Below are positions 26,039-38,919 of a DNA stretch of 61,894 nt, piece by piece; position 1 is the first letter of the stretch; every line of letters begins with the position of its first letter. The notes below the pieces were generated by a model. The model worked only from the letters and a program-made list of their open reading frames with translations, had not been told where the DNA came from and searched no databases. The translations under genes and the position numbers were made by a program. Origin of the DNA: Chara braunii (lineage: Eukaryota; Plantae; Charophyceae). Where the stretch lies: assembly GCA_003427395.1 (NCBI GenBank), contig BFEA01000042.1, forward strand, positions 2,383,326-2,445,219. Direction: 5' to 3'.

Positions 26039-27582
26039 TGTCGGGGTAGAAACCCTGACAAGGGTATCTGCCCGTGTTTTTCAACGTCGAACGCTGTCTG
26101 ACCTTTTTACTTAATTGGAAGACTTAATGAGATTGACGTTGCCAAGGTTTATTCAGACCAGCGCTATGACTTAGAGACTTAAACTTTCTTGAACCTGTCG
26201 TCGTCGACGCAGGACGGCATCGACGTCTGTACGGGATAACGGGGGTCGGTACTGTCATCCGCGGGTTCGACAAGGCCGCAGTAGTGCGCGGTTATGAGAA
26301 AACTAAAGTTAAAGCCTAGGCTACCTATGATGAGGTCGCGCGGCTTAACAACTGCACGATTTAGGGCCTAAGCGGACCAAAAAGGGAACGTCGGGACGAG
26401 ATTGGATCGCAGCGTGAAGGAACGGTTAAGGGTCCATAGGGCTTATGTGCCGAGGACCCGGGGGCGAAGGCGTCGAGGTCGACAGGACAAGGCAGCCGTT
26501 GAGGTCGTCGACTGCCGGCCTCGCCTGCCATCCGCGATAACAAGCCGACTTAGCAAGCTTAGCCTGCTAAGCGCTGGGCAGTGGATGTGAGAACGAGCTA
26601 GCCCAGTAGGTACCGCCGCCAGACTACCACCCTGCAGATTCAGGGATCGAGCCCAACGACTGTGACTGGGCTAGCTCCTTTTGATAGGAGCGGCCCAACC
26701 CCACAGAAGTGACGCGTTCATTTCCGACCGCGCCATCCACCAGATCGCAGGGACGAAATCGGCCGCGTGGATGGTATGGCCACTGCGCAAGGATGACATG
26801 CATAAATTGAGAAATGTTTAATTTTTTTTTATTTTATTTTTTTTAGAAAAAAAAAAAAAACCTTACCTTTCCTGTAGCTGGACGCGTAAGCATCCAGGTA
26901 CGGGCGCGATGGAGACAACTGTAGCGTCGAGGTAAGGAGTTTTTCTCCTTTTTTTTGGTTCTTTTGTTTTTTTTGCTCTTGCTGGTTGGGGCCATACGGA
27001 CGAAACGACGCGACCGTAGGCCTGAGCCAACGGTAAAAGAAGGAAGAAAAAAAAAAAAAAAAAATAGAAAAAAAAAAAAACTAAAGCGCCAGGTGGCGCC
27101 GCGAGGAGTGAAGGGGACTTAGTGTCCCCACGAACTGAGCAGGCGCCCGAAGAAATGGGTGACCGTTTTTTTGGAGAGTTTTTCCTTTTTTTTTTTTTTT
27201 TTCATTTCCTTGTTAGATTTGTTTAGATTTTTTTGTTAGATTTTTTCTTGGATTTTAGTTAGATTCTTTCTTTTTTTTCTTCTTTCTGCTTTGGGTGGGC
27301 ACACCCGTTCGTTCAAATGAACGGGAGGTGACTGCGCCCGACTGTTTCGTTGGACTTCCACCAACTCATGAGGAGGCTGAGCCTCCACAGAAGGCTAGCC
27401 GAGTGAATCAGCCGCAGGAGTGCGGCTGTATGCAGACCTGACGGTGGGGGCTCTTCAGAGAGAGAGAGAGTGAGAGAAGGGGGCAGCCAAGAGACAAGAG
27501 CGCCCCTTTGATTTTAGGGGCAGGCTCCCCAAGCCGCGCGCCTGTATGTGGCGCCTGTTCTGAGCCACGTACAGACGTGGAA

Positions 27583-27640
27583 GCAGGGAAAAGAAGACCC
27601 TGTCGAGCTTGACTCTAGTTCGACTCTGTGAAATGACTTG
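27583..27640 (+). rRNA. Fragment of 25S/28S LSU rRNA inside the LTR (not a gene)
   Basis: AAAGAAGACCCTGTCGAGCTTGACTCTAGTTCGACTCTGTGAAATGACTTG matches the recalled eukaryotic LSU consensus AAAGAAGACCCTGTTGAGCTTGACTCTAGTCCGACTTTGTGAAATGACTTG. Confidence 0.85.
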
Positions 27641-27698
27641 CAGGAGGGGGGGGGAATGTGCTCATCCGTTCTCAAACGACGAGCTGCCCTGATTCAGG

Positions 27699-27731
<33 letters not shown>

Positions 27732-28225
27732 GAAAAAAAAAAGATAGAGGTGAAGAAGTTGGGAAAAACAAAAAAAAAAGGGAAACGGCCGCGGATCTAG
27801 CCGCGGCCTCGGTCCTGATGCAGGTTATGAAGCATCTGGACTATGAATTGATAGCAGACCGTTGGTTATAACAGTCTGCTCAAAAATAGCTAAGTACGGC
27901 CATTTGTGCATTGCGCCTTGCCGTGGGTGAAGGCCTGATGCACTACCAGGGTTCAGAAGTTGGTTCCCCTAGGGGAACATCAAGTTCCTGGCCCTTGATC
28001 GCGATTCTGATCAAGGGTCAGGCTCTACTCCGAGATTTGGCTGGGGGCAAAGCAGCTGCCCTCAGCCTTCAGCCAGCTATAAAAGCCAGCCTACCACAAC
28101 ACTTGGAGGGAGGAGGAGGCAACCATAGCTGAAGGCTGGGAGCTTCTTGCCCCCACCTTTGGTGCTGTGCTGCAGGCAGTAGGGAAACCGTGGCCTTGAG
28201 GTTGCTGCTGGTTTTCTAGGGAGGT

Positions 28226-28460
28226 GCGGCGGAAGCGCTGCCGAATTTTGCGGCGGCCGCACCGGTTTTCTTGGTGGAACAGCGAAAGCGCTGCCGAAAT
28301 TGTGCGGCGGCAGCGCTGGTTTTCTTGGCGCAACAGCGAAAGCGCTGCCGAAATTGTGCGGCGGCAGCGCTGGTATTCTTAGCGGTACAGCGGAAGCGCT
28401 GCCGAATTCTTGCAGCGGCAACACCGATTTTCTTGGCAGTACGGCGAGGGTGTTGCCAGA
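28226..28460. repeat. 54-bp GC-rich tandem repeat in the LTR (second copy ~42327-42560)
   Basis: GGTTTTCTTGGCGGAACAGCGAAAGCGCTGCCGAAATTGTGCGGCGGCAGCGCT. Confidence 0.85.
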
Positions 28461-30142
28461 TTTTGTGGCAACAGTATTTGCACAGGACTGCGAGAAGGGG
28501 GATTAGACGTTGCCGCAGGGACCGTACCGCCAAGGTGGAAGTGCACCTTGGAATAGAAAGGAGTGGCGATCGTCTTGTTGACAGCGTTGCGGCACGCGAC
28601 ATTTGTAAGAATTGCTGAGGCCGTTGTTATTTTTTGCGGCATACCGAGTAAGAGGGGATTGGGTCCGGAACCACCAAGTATTGTGGCAGGCAGGTGGTGA
28701 CCTGACTCAGTATTTGGTGGGTTGAATTGGCGTTGTTTTTGGTGGAAGGTGTGACGTTGAGGCTGTGGGATTTGAGAGTGGGACACTCTCCTCAACGGCG
28801 AGCCGCTCCTGTGTTAGTGAGCGGCGCTTGAGTTAGTGGNNNNNNNNNNNNNNNNNNNNNNNNNNNNNNNNNNNNNNNNNNNNNNNNNNNNNNNNNNNNN
28901 NNNNNNNNNNNNNNNNNNNNNNNNNNNNNNNNNNNNNNNNNNNNNNNNNNNNNNNNNNNNNNNNNNNNNNNNNNNNNNNNNNNNNNNNNNNNNNNNNNNN
29001 NNNNNNNNNNNNNNNNNNNNNNNNNNNNNNNNNNNNNNNNNNNNNNNNNNNNNNNNNNNNNNNNNNNNNTAGTGCGACTCAGTTCCTTTGCACACCCGCG
29101 TGAACCCACACCTTGCATGACCTTGCTTTGAATTCAGGGGGAGAGGTAGAGTAAGAGCGTGATGGCATGCGTGTGAAGAAAGGGCTGACTTGTTTTGGGG
29201 ATGGATAAATCTCTGGATTATTTTTTTTCTTGATTGTGAAGGTAGGCTGGGAGATGCGTGTGAGAAGGAATCAACACTGTTTGCTCAAGATAATAATGGG
29301 GATGCTTATCGCTCTCCCACTCAACCTGAATGCATGTGACAGAACAGCGAGGGATAAAAATAATAATGGACGTGCGAACGGACGGGTGCCGAAAGAATGA
29401 AGGCCGTGGGAAAATTAAAAGAAAAGAAGACAAGGGAATACCTTAGTATCTTCCCAAGGATTTCCCCATTCTATCCCGAACGACCACTATCCTTTAATGC
29501 CCGTCCAAAATACCTTACTTCTTTCTCTTTTCAATTCGTCTAAGTCGACCATTAACCGGGAAGGCATAGAGTGATCGTCTGCACCTAGGGTCTAGGCTTC
29601 TTCTCTCTAGGAGACATCTGAGGCGGGGGTTCGTTGCCTTAGGGGGCGACCCTGTTATCGACTCGAAGCGGACCGCTTTTGCGGGGGGATACCATGCTGT
29701 TGTGGTGGAGCCATCCCAACTTCTGAGTCCTGAACAATGTGTTCGGGCGAGGGGGAGGGATATTCCAAGCCACTTCCTAGAGGGTAGGGTGTCTTAAAGC
29801 TAGGGGCAGTCGCCTCCTCGTGCTTTCAGGGAAAGGGGAGGCTGAATCTAGTACCCGGCCGGGTGGACGCTTTATGAGCCGCCAACGTGTGGGAGGGCTG
29901 GCGCCACAAGAAACCCAGCCCGTGATTCAACTAGTGTTAATGGGAGTGCAAATATGCACTACTCTCGCAATCGGACCGTGACACAAGAATCACGGCCCGA
30001 AAAGGGGAGTGAAGATTGAACACGCAAGTGGGTATGTCTGAATTATTTTCACAAAAATTACCGCTTCGTCGTCCAGATGCTTGCGGGGACGGTGATTCTC
30101 TAATTGTTCAGCACATGCGAGGCGGCGGTTAATTGGTTAGCG

Positions 30143-31155
30143 ATGCCGACACGATCCCGCGCCGGCATGGTACGAAAAGGAAGGTTGGTGTACAACCCAC
30201 TTGAGGTTTACTCGGAACGAGATGTGCCGCGATTCTGGGACGGGAGCATGAGGAAACCACTGCGGAGTTATATTTTCTTGGTTGAACCAGGCCAACGTAT
30301 TGTGCGGTATGATTTTGCGCCTCCTAATCCATCACGAGATTACGGAGACATGAACCTGGTAGTGGTTCACGAGGACTGTCCGACAGTAGAGAACATTCCT
30401 GATGATAGAAGGATGTTCCTCCATATTGTACTCCATTTGAACGATTTGCAAGGTCCGTTCGCCCTCCTTCATTAGGTGAGACGAGTCCGGGCGAATAGAT
30501 TTAATATCATTCGCTCGGAACGTTTCGACGTCATCGCGTTTTATGACGAGGCTTGTGAAATTTATGAGCGCCTCTTCTAACAGGTGGCTTCTTCGGTGTG
30601 CAGATGCCTAGCGGACGGCGAGGCCTCACTCAAGCCAGATATCTACTGATTCGCGACACTATGAACGAGGAGCTGATCTGGCGAGCGGAGCGATTATTAC
30701 TGGTTTGAGATGGAGTGCCCACACAGTGGATTGGTTTTATCGGCTTGCTCAGTGATGGGCAGGGATTTCTTCCTAACTCGTGCGCGGATGTCCGCGCCAA
30801 TGTGGCCCGACTTCCGGACGAAGTTCATGGATATACTTTGTACTTCCATCGAGCGAGCAACCTGCAATGCCTTTCCGGGGTCATTGTGAGTGTCAAAATT
30901 ACCCTATCCAAGGAGCGCTATGGCGTTATCTGTATCAAAGAAACCATTACCACGCACCTGTTTCGGATGCGTCAACCATCCCGCACCATAGTTTGGAGGC
31001 TCGCCTCATGGGTGACTTCTCTCTATGACACGCGGAAGGTCCGAGTCGTGCGAGGTGGACGTGTCTCCACCTTGACTTTTGACGACGAGGAGCTTACACG
31101 ACTCGACCAGATAGAGGCCGAGGCCCGTGAGGGCCGACAGGTTTATCCTGGCTGA
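30143..31155 (+). pseudogene. LTR-embedded orphan gene, 5' LTR copy with premature stops
   Basis: Copy of 48614-49626 with CAG>TAG (30473-30475) and CGA>TGA changes. Confidence 0.6.
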
Positions 31156-31829
31156 GCGCACCCTCTCGAGTCAGGTGCAGTGGTAAGTTTTTTTTTTTGT
31201 AGGGCCACTTCTATGTGACTCCACAAGGGTAATAATAACAAAAAAAACAACAATTTTGCGTAGGTAGGCCAACCAGATGGATAGTATCTGGATTGCCCCG
31301 ATGATAGCACTATCATGCTTAGGCATTGAGGGGTAATCGAGCACTGAACAATAAGCCAAATAAAGTGAAGGTCGAACACCTGACAAGGTGTTGAGCCAAA
31401 GGGCGAGGGCGAAGTATCAGGAAACGAAACATTCTCACGCCGAGTATCCGGTGTTGGGGATGGGTACTTCGTCATTCGTGGAACAGAGAGAGTAATTATT
31501 GCCCAGGAGGACTAAGCGACTAACAAAATTACATTCGCCCCTCCAAGTAGTTATACATGGTATGGAGATATGGTCGAACCGGGAGTTCAAACATCGACCA
31601 GGAGTCAGATCAATTGTCAATCTGCATGGTACCCACGATATTTACTTGTAAAAGCTGTGCGCGACTGATCTTCCGTCTTCGGACGACAATATAATTGTCT
31701 CTTCGGTCATGTAGGCGGGAAATGATAGTCTTGGCAGATCATCTCATCAATTCGAAATGTTGTTTATGTATTTTATTCATTTTATGAGTAGGGGATTATA
31801 AAGGGACTAGGACTATATGTTCGGTTTCA

Positions 31830-32292
31830 CGTTTGGTCGAGGCCATCCTAGTTGATCGATGCTCGTTCGTACCGAGGAGATCAGCGCCCTCGGGAACGGA
31901 CAACGTTCGCGTTCACTTGGCGCTAACCAAGCGTACCTATACTCCAGCGAGCGAGCAAACGCCCTCGGCTGACCTACCTCTGCAATTGCACGTAAAAACT
32001 TTCGCATGTGGGTTAGTAGCTCGGTAGGGATACGCCCCTGAGGGTGGTGATAGCCCTTCAGGGAACGTACGTTGTGCCCCGCGAAAACCTATCCTGTCGT
32101 AGCGGACCGCGAGATGTATAGCTGGCGCACGTGGCTAGAGCGGCGAAGGGACAATGCAACTGCGCCCGTCTTGGCGGTTCGCGAAATCAATTCTGCATCG
32201 TCCTAAGTTGTCTTTTGGTTTTGTCATGTTCCAACTCCTGTGTGACATAGCCGGGAGGGCCCTCGCTCACGCGGGGGCCGATGCGCTCAACG
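31830..32292 (+). ncRNA. Candidate structured RNA motif at the U5 end
   Basis: Multiple stems covarying with 8639-9065. Confidence 0.55.
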
Positions 32293-32294
32293 GA

Positions 32295-32312
32295 TGGCGT
32301 CGTTGCCGGGGA
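32295..32312 (+). promoter_or_regulatory. Primer-binding site, tRNA-Asp type
   Basis: TGGCGTCGTTGCCGGGGA, 2 nt after the LTR; one mismatch to the Athila-type TGGCGCCGTTGCCGGGGA. Confidence 0.85.
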
Positions 32313-32521
32313 TGACGGCAAACTACCGTTGTCCCTGGTGGAACGACACTCGGGAAAAGGATGGTAATAACGATTTTAATTGTTGTGTTTTGTTTCTTTG
32401 GATTGAAAGTAGTCAGTGGTTATCAATGTTTGGAGAAAGAAAAGAAGGCAAGGTTTGGAGTGAGTTGTTGGAATATATTTGACACTTGGACGTGTGAGTT
32501 TGTCGTGTTGATTCTCTCAAG

Positions 32522-34640
32522 ATGACGGGAGGAAGTGCTGATCCCGCAAATAGTAATGCAGGGATCGTCGCAAAGATATCTTGGAACTCGCACGAGCTAT
32601 TCGGGAAGCCGATAATCAGAAGTCGCAAGTGTCGAAAGTTCAAGTTCCCCTCTTCGATGGCACCAATGCCTCAGCATGGGCGAACAAGTTTGAGCAATTG
32701 GGCAGTTGTTGTGAATGGACGAGTGAAAAGATGCTTCAAATGGTGAAGCGATATTGTATGGTTGAGTATAAAGAAGAAGTGTCGGATTTGGTGCACGCTT
32801 CGCGCTACTGGCCGGACTTCAAAGCCAAGTTACTGGACAAGTACCAATTGGGGGATCAACTGCTCGACCTGGCGGACTTACGAAAAGTTAGTCGTTGGAA
32901 GTTTGGTACGACCAAGCAGTTTCTTACAGAATTTGAACGAGTCGCGAGCTTAGTGCCTGACCTTCCTGATAAGGAACGGTGCCTCATCTTCCTCGAAAAC
33001 TTTTCAGAAGTTGAGTTGCGGGAACAGATGAAAGATATGACTGGGCGATACGACTGGCCAAAAATTAAGGAGAACCTGCTGGCTGGAAGCTTCGACCAGA
33101 TGTTTTACCGTCTCTTGAAGCAGCAAAAGGAGGATCGCGAAAAGGAAGGGGTAAGCGCGGATAAGGATCAGGCCATTTACAAAACCCTGACTGATATGCG
33201 GAACATGATGGCTGACATGAAGGAGGAAAGGTTGAAGTTACAAGTGATGATGGTCCAGACAAAAGGTGGGAAAAGGAAGGGGAAAGCACCTGTTGTGGAG
33301 GAAGTGAGTAGTAGCAGCAGTGAAGAGGAAGATGAGGAGGAAGTGGAGGCCCCTCGAAAATTGACCAAGGCAGAACGGAAAGCCCTGAATCAGATACGAG
33401 GAGGGCAAGGCACTAGTAAAAAGCAGCGGAAGAATAATGGAGGAGGTGGACAAGGAGGTAATTAGGAACAGGCGGCGCAGACCCCTCCTCAGCAACCCCT
33501 ACCTCAGGCGGGAGGCCGAGGCCAAGGTCGAGGTAGAGGACAAGGCACTGGGGGGGGCCGAGGAAATGGGGGCGGTCGAGGCAATTGGCAGAATTGGTTT
33601 TGCAAGTACTGCGGACAAGATGGGCATGGGATACGGTTTTGTCAGACCGTTACCAAAGATAAAAACGACAAGGTTATATATACGAATATCCGAGGCGAGG
33701 TCTACGACTTCGAAGGGAACCTCATCGATCCCAATGTGGAGGGAGGAATGAGAAAGGAAGCGTTCCGATGTATGGGGCGAGATCTTCCAGCAACTTTTCG
33801 ACTGGCTTTCCCGGAAGAAGTCCAACAGATTGAGTTGGAAGCGGCGATGGAGTCATTGAGAATTGAAGATGCCAAGGCCGCAGATGAAGGGTTGAGCAAA
33901 GAACAGGAAGAGATACTGCAGCGAGCTCAGACAGTGGTCGGAAAAATGACTCGATGCAGGAAAACTTTTGTTCAAGTATGTGCGGATATGAATGAAGAGT
34001 GGTTCGGGCTTCCCCAAGTTTTTCTGTTTGGAGGATGGGACAGAGACAGCCAAGGAGGTCTTACTGATGTTACCGCATCACAACCTGGATTGTCGTCGAC
34101 AGGGCGTTTGATGGCCACTACGGTTTTGTCCCGTCATGCCTTCAAGCGACCTGCCACCGCTGGTCTCCCACAAGCTCGGAGGGCTCGAAGGCCGCCGCGG
34201 CCAAGGGCAGCGCCAGAAGAAGGGCCTAGACAGCCTCGGGAAACCGAGACAATTGCGATTGAGGAAGACAATGGCGAGGAGGACGAATTGTTGCGGGCCG
34301 AGGATGAGCGGCAGGCCAAACAACGGGCCATGGAGAGGGAACCAGAAACGGGCAAGACCGATGTTGAGGAAGGAGAGCTGGAAAAGAAAAAGCAGGTCTA
34401 CACAATTCCAGTAGAGCAGGGACTGGATATTGAGCAAATCGTGGACCGGATTTTGGAAAGCCAACGCGATTTGTTCACGCTCAAGGAGTTCTTGGCCGCG
34501 TCGCCCAAAATCCGAGAGGAGTTCAGACATCGATTGTCAAGAAAAAGGGTGATGCTGGTTAAGATGAGTGATATCTTTCCTCAAGAGATTAGTTGAGCTC
34601 CAGCTGGGACAAAAATGGACTGGCACTGTGTAGCAACTGG
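32522..34640 (+). pseudogene. Gag (element C) with CCHC knuckle
   Basis: VPLFDGTNAS...WPDFKAKLLDKY; CKYCGQDGHGIRFC at ~33601-33642; stops and frameshifts. Confidence 0.85.
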
Positions 34641-35353
34641 GGTCTTCTGTATAATACACTTCTTCTTCTTGCGTGATCAGGACGGACACTGGCCGAGCTT
34701 TCTCACCTACTCTCTTGTACTTACGTTTCGCTCCGACTCCAAGTCGTCCACCCCTAAAAAAGGCCCTTGCTTGGTTGCTGGTTCCGTCAATACATCACCT
34801 TCCGAAGACCTGTCGGGTCGATAGGTAAGATACATCCTAGCAGTCCCGCCTTCTTCTGCCATAATCTCTGTCAGCGTTTGGACCAACTTGGGGTCCACGG
34901 ACGAGTCTGTCGCAACGATTCGGATTCCGTGAAGGAGTAGGACCTCGGATTGAGTCGGTTCCTTGAGTTGGTTGGTTCTGTGTTCTCACACTTCAGCACC
35001 TCGTAATAGCCACATACGGGGTCACACAAAACCACGATCATAGTACCATCATGCTTGTTAAAGATGATGGATTCTGATCGACATAGGAAAGCTCTGCCCA
35101 GCAACACGGCATGCTCAACCCTGGGTAGCACGTAGAAGCACGAACGGACTTTAACTTTACCAACTTGTATCCTCACGTCACTCGCCGTTCCGCAAAAGGG
35201 AGTTATCCCACTTGCACCCACCAGAAATCCAGTTTCGCTCGATTGATGTTTACTCCTGCCCCCATGGCTTCTGTTTCACGTATAATGTTCATTTCAGCCC
35301 CATCATCGATGAGCGCCGAGTATTCGCACGGCCCAACTTGCACCTTCAACACA
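34641..35353 (-). pseudogene. Aspartic protease segment of element C, inverted
   Basis: SALIDDGAEMNII and VLLGRAFL on the minus strand; re-inversion gives in-frame CVATG-VLKVQVG. Confidence 0.88.
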
Positions 35354-36830
35354 TTGGTGAGGAAGGGTTTCTTACTGAGAAGGAGGTGGACTTCCTTGTC
35401 AGCGTCTTGAAAAGAACTCATTTGGCTTACGCCTTTGATGGTGATGAGCGAGGGAGGCTTGTCGTTGATATGATTCCAATGATCAGGATTCATACGGTAC
35501 CTCACGAGCCGTGGAACATACGAGGTCCGCGTTATCCGAATCCGGATGATCGTCGGAGAGTTGTTGAATATTTGGATGGTAAAATTCGGACGAGTGTCGC
35601 GAATTACTCATATGGTCCATATGCGTCCCCTTGGTTTTGCTTTATTAATCCAAGTGGCGTATTGCGATGGGTGCAGAACTTGCAGAAGCTGAACTCAGTG
35701 ACGGTTCGTGATGCAGGGGGACTTCCGCATGCCGATCAACTGTCGGAATCGTGCGCAGGCAGGCCTATCATCACTCTCATTGACTTGTACTCAAGATATG
35801 ATCAATTCCCTCTCTTTACGGCAGACAGGCTGAAGACGGCCATGCATACGCCGAGGGGATTAATTCATATGTGTGCGGCGCCTCAAGGGGGGACGAACGC
35901 CGTAGCCATTGTTCAAAGATATATGATGAGAGTCATGCAGCCGCTTTGTCCGGACGTGACCTCACCTTATATCGATGACCTGGCCATACGTGGGCCACGT
36001 GTGAAGGACGAAACGGAGGTGTTACCAGGCATTCGAAAGTTTGTTAGGGAGCACATTCGTGACGTGGAGAAAGTCTTGACCAAATTGAAGGAGTATAACC
36101 TCACTGCCAGTGGTGTCAAATCTCGACATTGTATTCGTGAGGCAACTATCTTGGGCTTCCTGTGCGATGAGAAGGGTCGTCGGCCAGATTCCAAGAAGAC
36201 AAACAAGATTCTAGAATGACCGACTCCGCTTAAGTCCATCACTGATGTGCGCAGTTTCTTGGGGACTTGCGGATTCTGGCGTATCTTCATTCGCAAGTTC
36301 GCAGCAAGGGTGGAACACCTACGGAAGTTGGTGCGTAAAAATCAAGAATGGAAATGGGGCCCAAAGCAGCAGGCGGCTGTCGACGACATCAAGGCACAAT
36401 CCCGAGAAGGAGGATTGATCCTGAGAGTTCCATGCTTTGACAATGACCCGAATCGGCCTTTTGTGGTTGAAACGGATGCAGGCCCCACGACATTGGGTGG
36501 AGTCCTCATCCAAAAGGATGGAGAGGGGCGAGAACGACCATTGAGATTTGAAAGTCGAACGCTGAATGAGGCGGAAAGAAAATATTCCCAATTTAAGAAG
36601 GAAACTCTTGCAGTGCTTCATTGTTTCTGGATCTTCCGGAACTACGTGTTTGGGAGACGGTTCGTCCTGCGAGTGGATCCGACGGCTTGGCACAGTCACT
36701 GAAGAATTATTCTCCTTCGGATCCAACTATTGCTCGATGGCTGATCTATATCTGGATGTTCAATTTTGAGATCGAGCGTATTGCGGGAACGCAAAATCGA
36801 GCAGATGGATTGAGTCGGATCGAGTGGGAC
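35354..36830 (+). pseudogene. Reverse transcriptase and RNase H (element C)
   Basis: YASPWF, LIDLYSRYDQF, PQGGTNA, YIDD, VRSFLG, VETDAG, NRADGLSR. Confidence 0.93.
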
Positions 36831-36998
36831 TCCTTGAAAGATCAGGCAGAAGACTCAGTTCCTGTGGATGGGTTTCTGGAGACAGACGAGCAACAGCTGA
36901 GTATCAATGTTTGAGAGTATATTACTAATGCTTCGTCCCGACCTGGGAAATCTATCTGGAGTTCTCCGAGTTGCTATCAGAAGCGTTCAGAACTTGTC

Positions 36999-38528
36999 AT
37001 GAGCGAGCCCTTTACTGAGGAGGATCTCTGGGGCGAACGGTCCACGGAACAAATGATGAGGTTGGCATTGTCTGACCCAGTACAACTTTCAGAAGAACCC
37101 CTTACGATTGAAGGGGGACATGAGCAAGGCGACGAAGTCCTCAGGATCTCCAGGGGGATGATATTCCTTGTTAATTCATTGATACAGGAAGACCGCGGCA
37201 AGTTAATGTTGGAAGAAGGGGAAGGCAGTGACATCAAAGAAGTCTTTCGTGAGGAGGAATATGATGGGATTTATAAGAAGATTGGGCCTTGGCTGAATGG
37301 GGACTTGAACGAGGCAGAGATAGAGCCAGAAATAAGAGAGAAGGCAAAGAATTTTATCATTCGACAGGGGCATCTTTTCAAAAAGTCTGACGATGGTATG
37401 CCTAAGAGAGTAGTATGTGGGGTTCCCAGACAATTGGATGTGATTGCAGCCCTACATGATGGAGTGGCAGGTGGACATCGATCTGCACGAGTGACACTGA
37501 GAAAAATCCAACATCTCTATTTTTGGGATGGTATGGGTAAGATGGTGGCAGAGTTCTGCAACTCGTGCGTTCCCTGTCAGAAATGTTCGAATCTACGCTA
37601 TGCTGAGCCACTTAATGCACGATATGTGGTTGAGCCAGGTGCAGTTCTGCACCTCGACCTGGTCGTTATGCCACCCGGACTTAATGGGTACAGATACATT
37701 TTTGACGCGAAAGATAATCTTACCGGGTTTATTGATGGGCGTGCAATCCGTGAGCGAACCGGGAAGATTCTGGCAGAATGTATCGAAGAATTTTACCTTC
37801 GGTATCTATTTGTCCGAGAATTTATGATGGATCGAGGAGGTGAATTTCGGGCCGAAGAGGTTCAGGCTCTCATGAAAAGGCTGGGAGTGAACTATAGTTA
37901 TACTACTAGAGCGCACCCCAAGGCTAATGCTCCGGTTGAACGTGGTCATGCCACCTTGACTAACTTGCTAGCAAAATTGTGTGCTGGCAAGCCGTCAACA
38001 TGACCCGTCTATCTCAGAGCTGCCATATTTGTTGAAAATATCACCATAAAACGAACTACTGGGTATGCTCCTGTTACGTTATGGTTAGGACGACATGCTA
38101 CATTTCCAATCGAGAGTTTCCTGACCACATGGCAAAAACAGGATATGAAAGTCAGACTTTCTACAGAAGAATTGTTGGACCTTAGGGTCAGACAAATAAA
38201 AGCTACTGAGGAAAGAGTTGTAGAGGTCGCTGCGTCAACTGCGGATAGCAGACAAACGAATAAAGTTAGATGGGATAAGCAACCCCGGGTTAGGAAGGAA
38301 CCGTTGGAAGTGGGGAATATTATCCTCCTCTATGACTATTCTTTTGAAAAGCAGTGGTCGAGGAAATTAGATAATCGATGGATAGGGCCATATCGTATTC
38401 TTAAGAAAACGGAGCATGGAGCATACAAGATTGAGGAGATGGATGAAGCACGTGAGCGAGATTGGGTTTCAGGCTCATGCTTGAAGAAGTTTGTTCATAG
38501 GGACTCAATAATGCCTTGGTTTTTTTAA
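36999..38528 (+). pseudogene. Integrase (element C), no chromodomain
   Basis: HDGVAGGH...CVPCQ, LHLDL, DRGGEF, NAPVERGH, WIGPYRI. Confidence 0.92.
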
Positions 38529-38919
38529 CAGACATTGATACCACTGGTTAACTTGATTTTATGATTAAGTATTTGTAAGATATATTTTCCATGTAATGGA
38601 CAGACACATATGGACTTGTAATGAATTACTTGTTGACGTCATTTATGTCATTATTCTTCGTTTTTCAGCAAGATAATTCATGTGCATAATTATTTTTTTC
38701 AAACTTTGTAAAAATGATTCCCTGAGTATGCATCTCCTTTATTTCTTATGTTGAATGTGTTTTGTTTGTGAAGGATGGGTGTGAATCATTTGTGCAAAGT
38801 TATGACTTAGCGTATAACATGTGGCTTCCTGGACGATAAATGTTCGTTCTGTAGGCACATGGTTTAATAAATATAATAAGTTATATGTAATACCTAGTCT
38901 TTATTGTGTCTTGATATTC

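Larger units (their letters stand above)
26039..32292 (+). repeat. 5' LTR of element C (contains a gap)
   Basis: Collinear with 40076-44138 plus 48451-50763. Confidence 0.92.

Noticed and set aside
27583-27640. Functional rDNA locus
   Set aside because: Only ~57 nt; no flanking rRNA sequence
28077-28800. Overlapping Ala/Arg-rich ORFs (also 42087-42781)
   Set aside because: Translation of a stop-poor 54-bp GC repeat
31809-31822. Group I intron S-like AACATATAGTCC on the minus strand
   Set aside because: No convincing R/P7 partner; not conserved in the B copy
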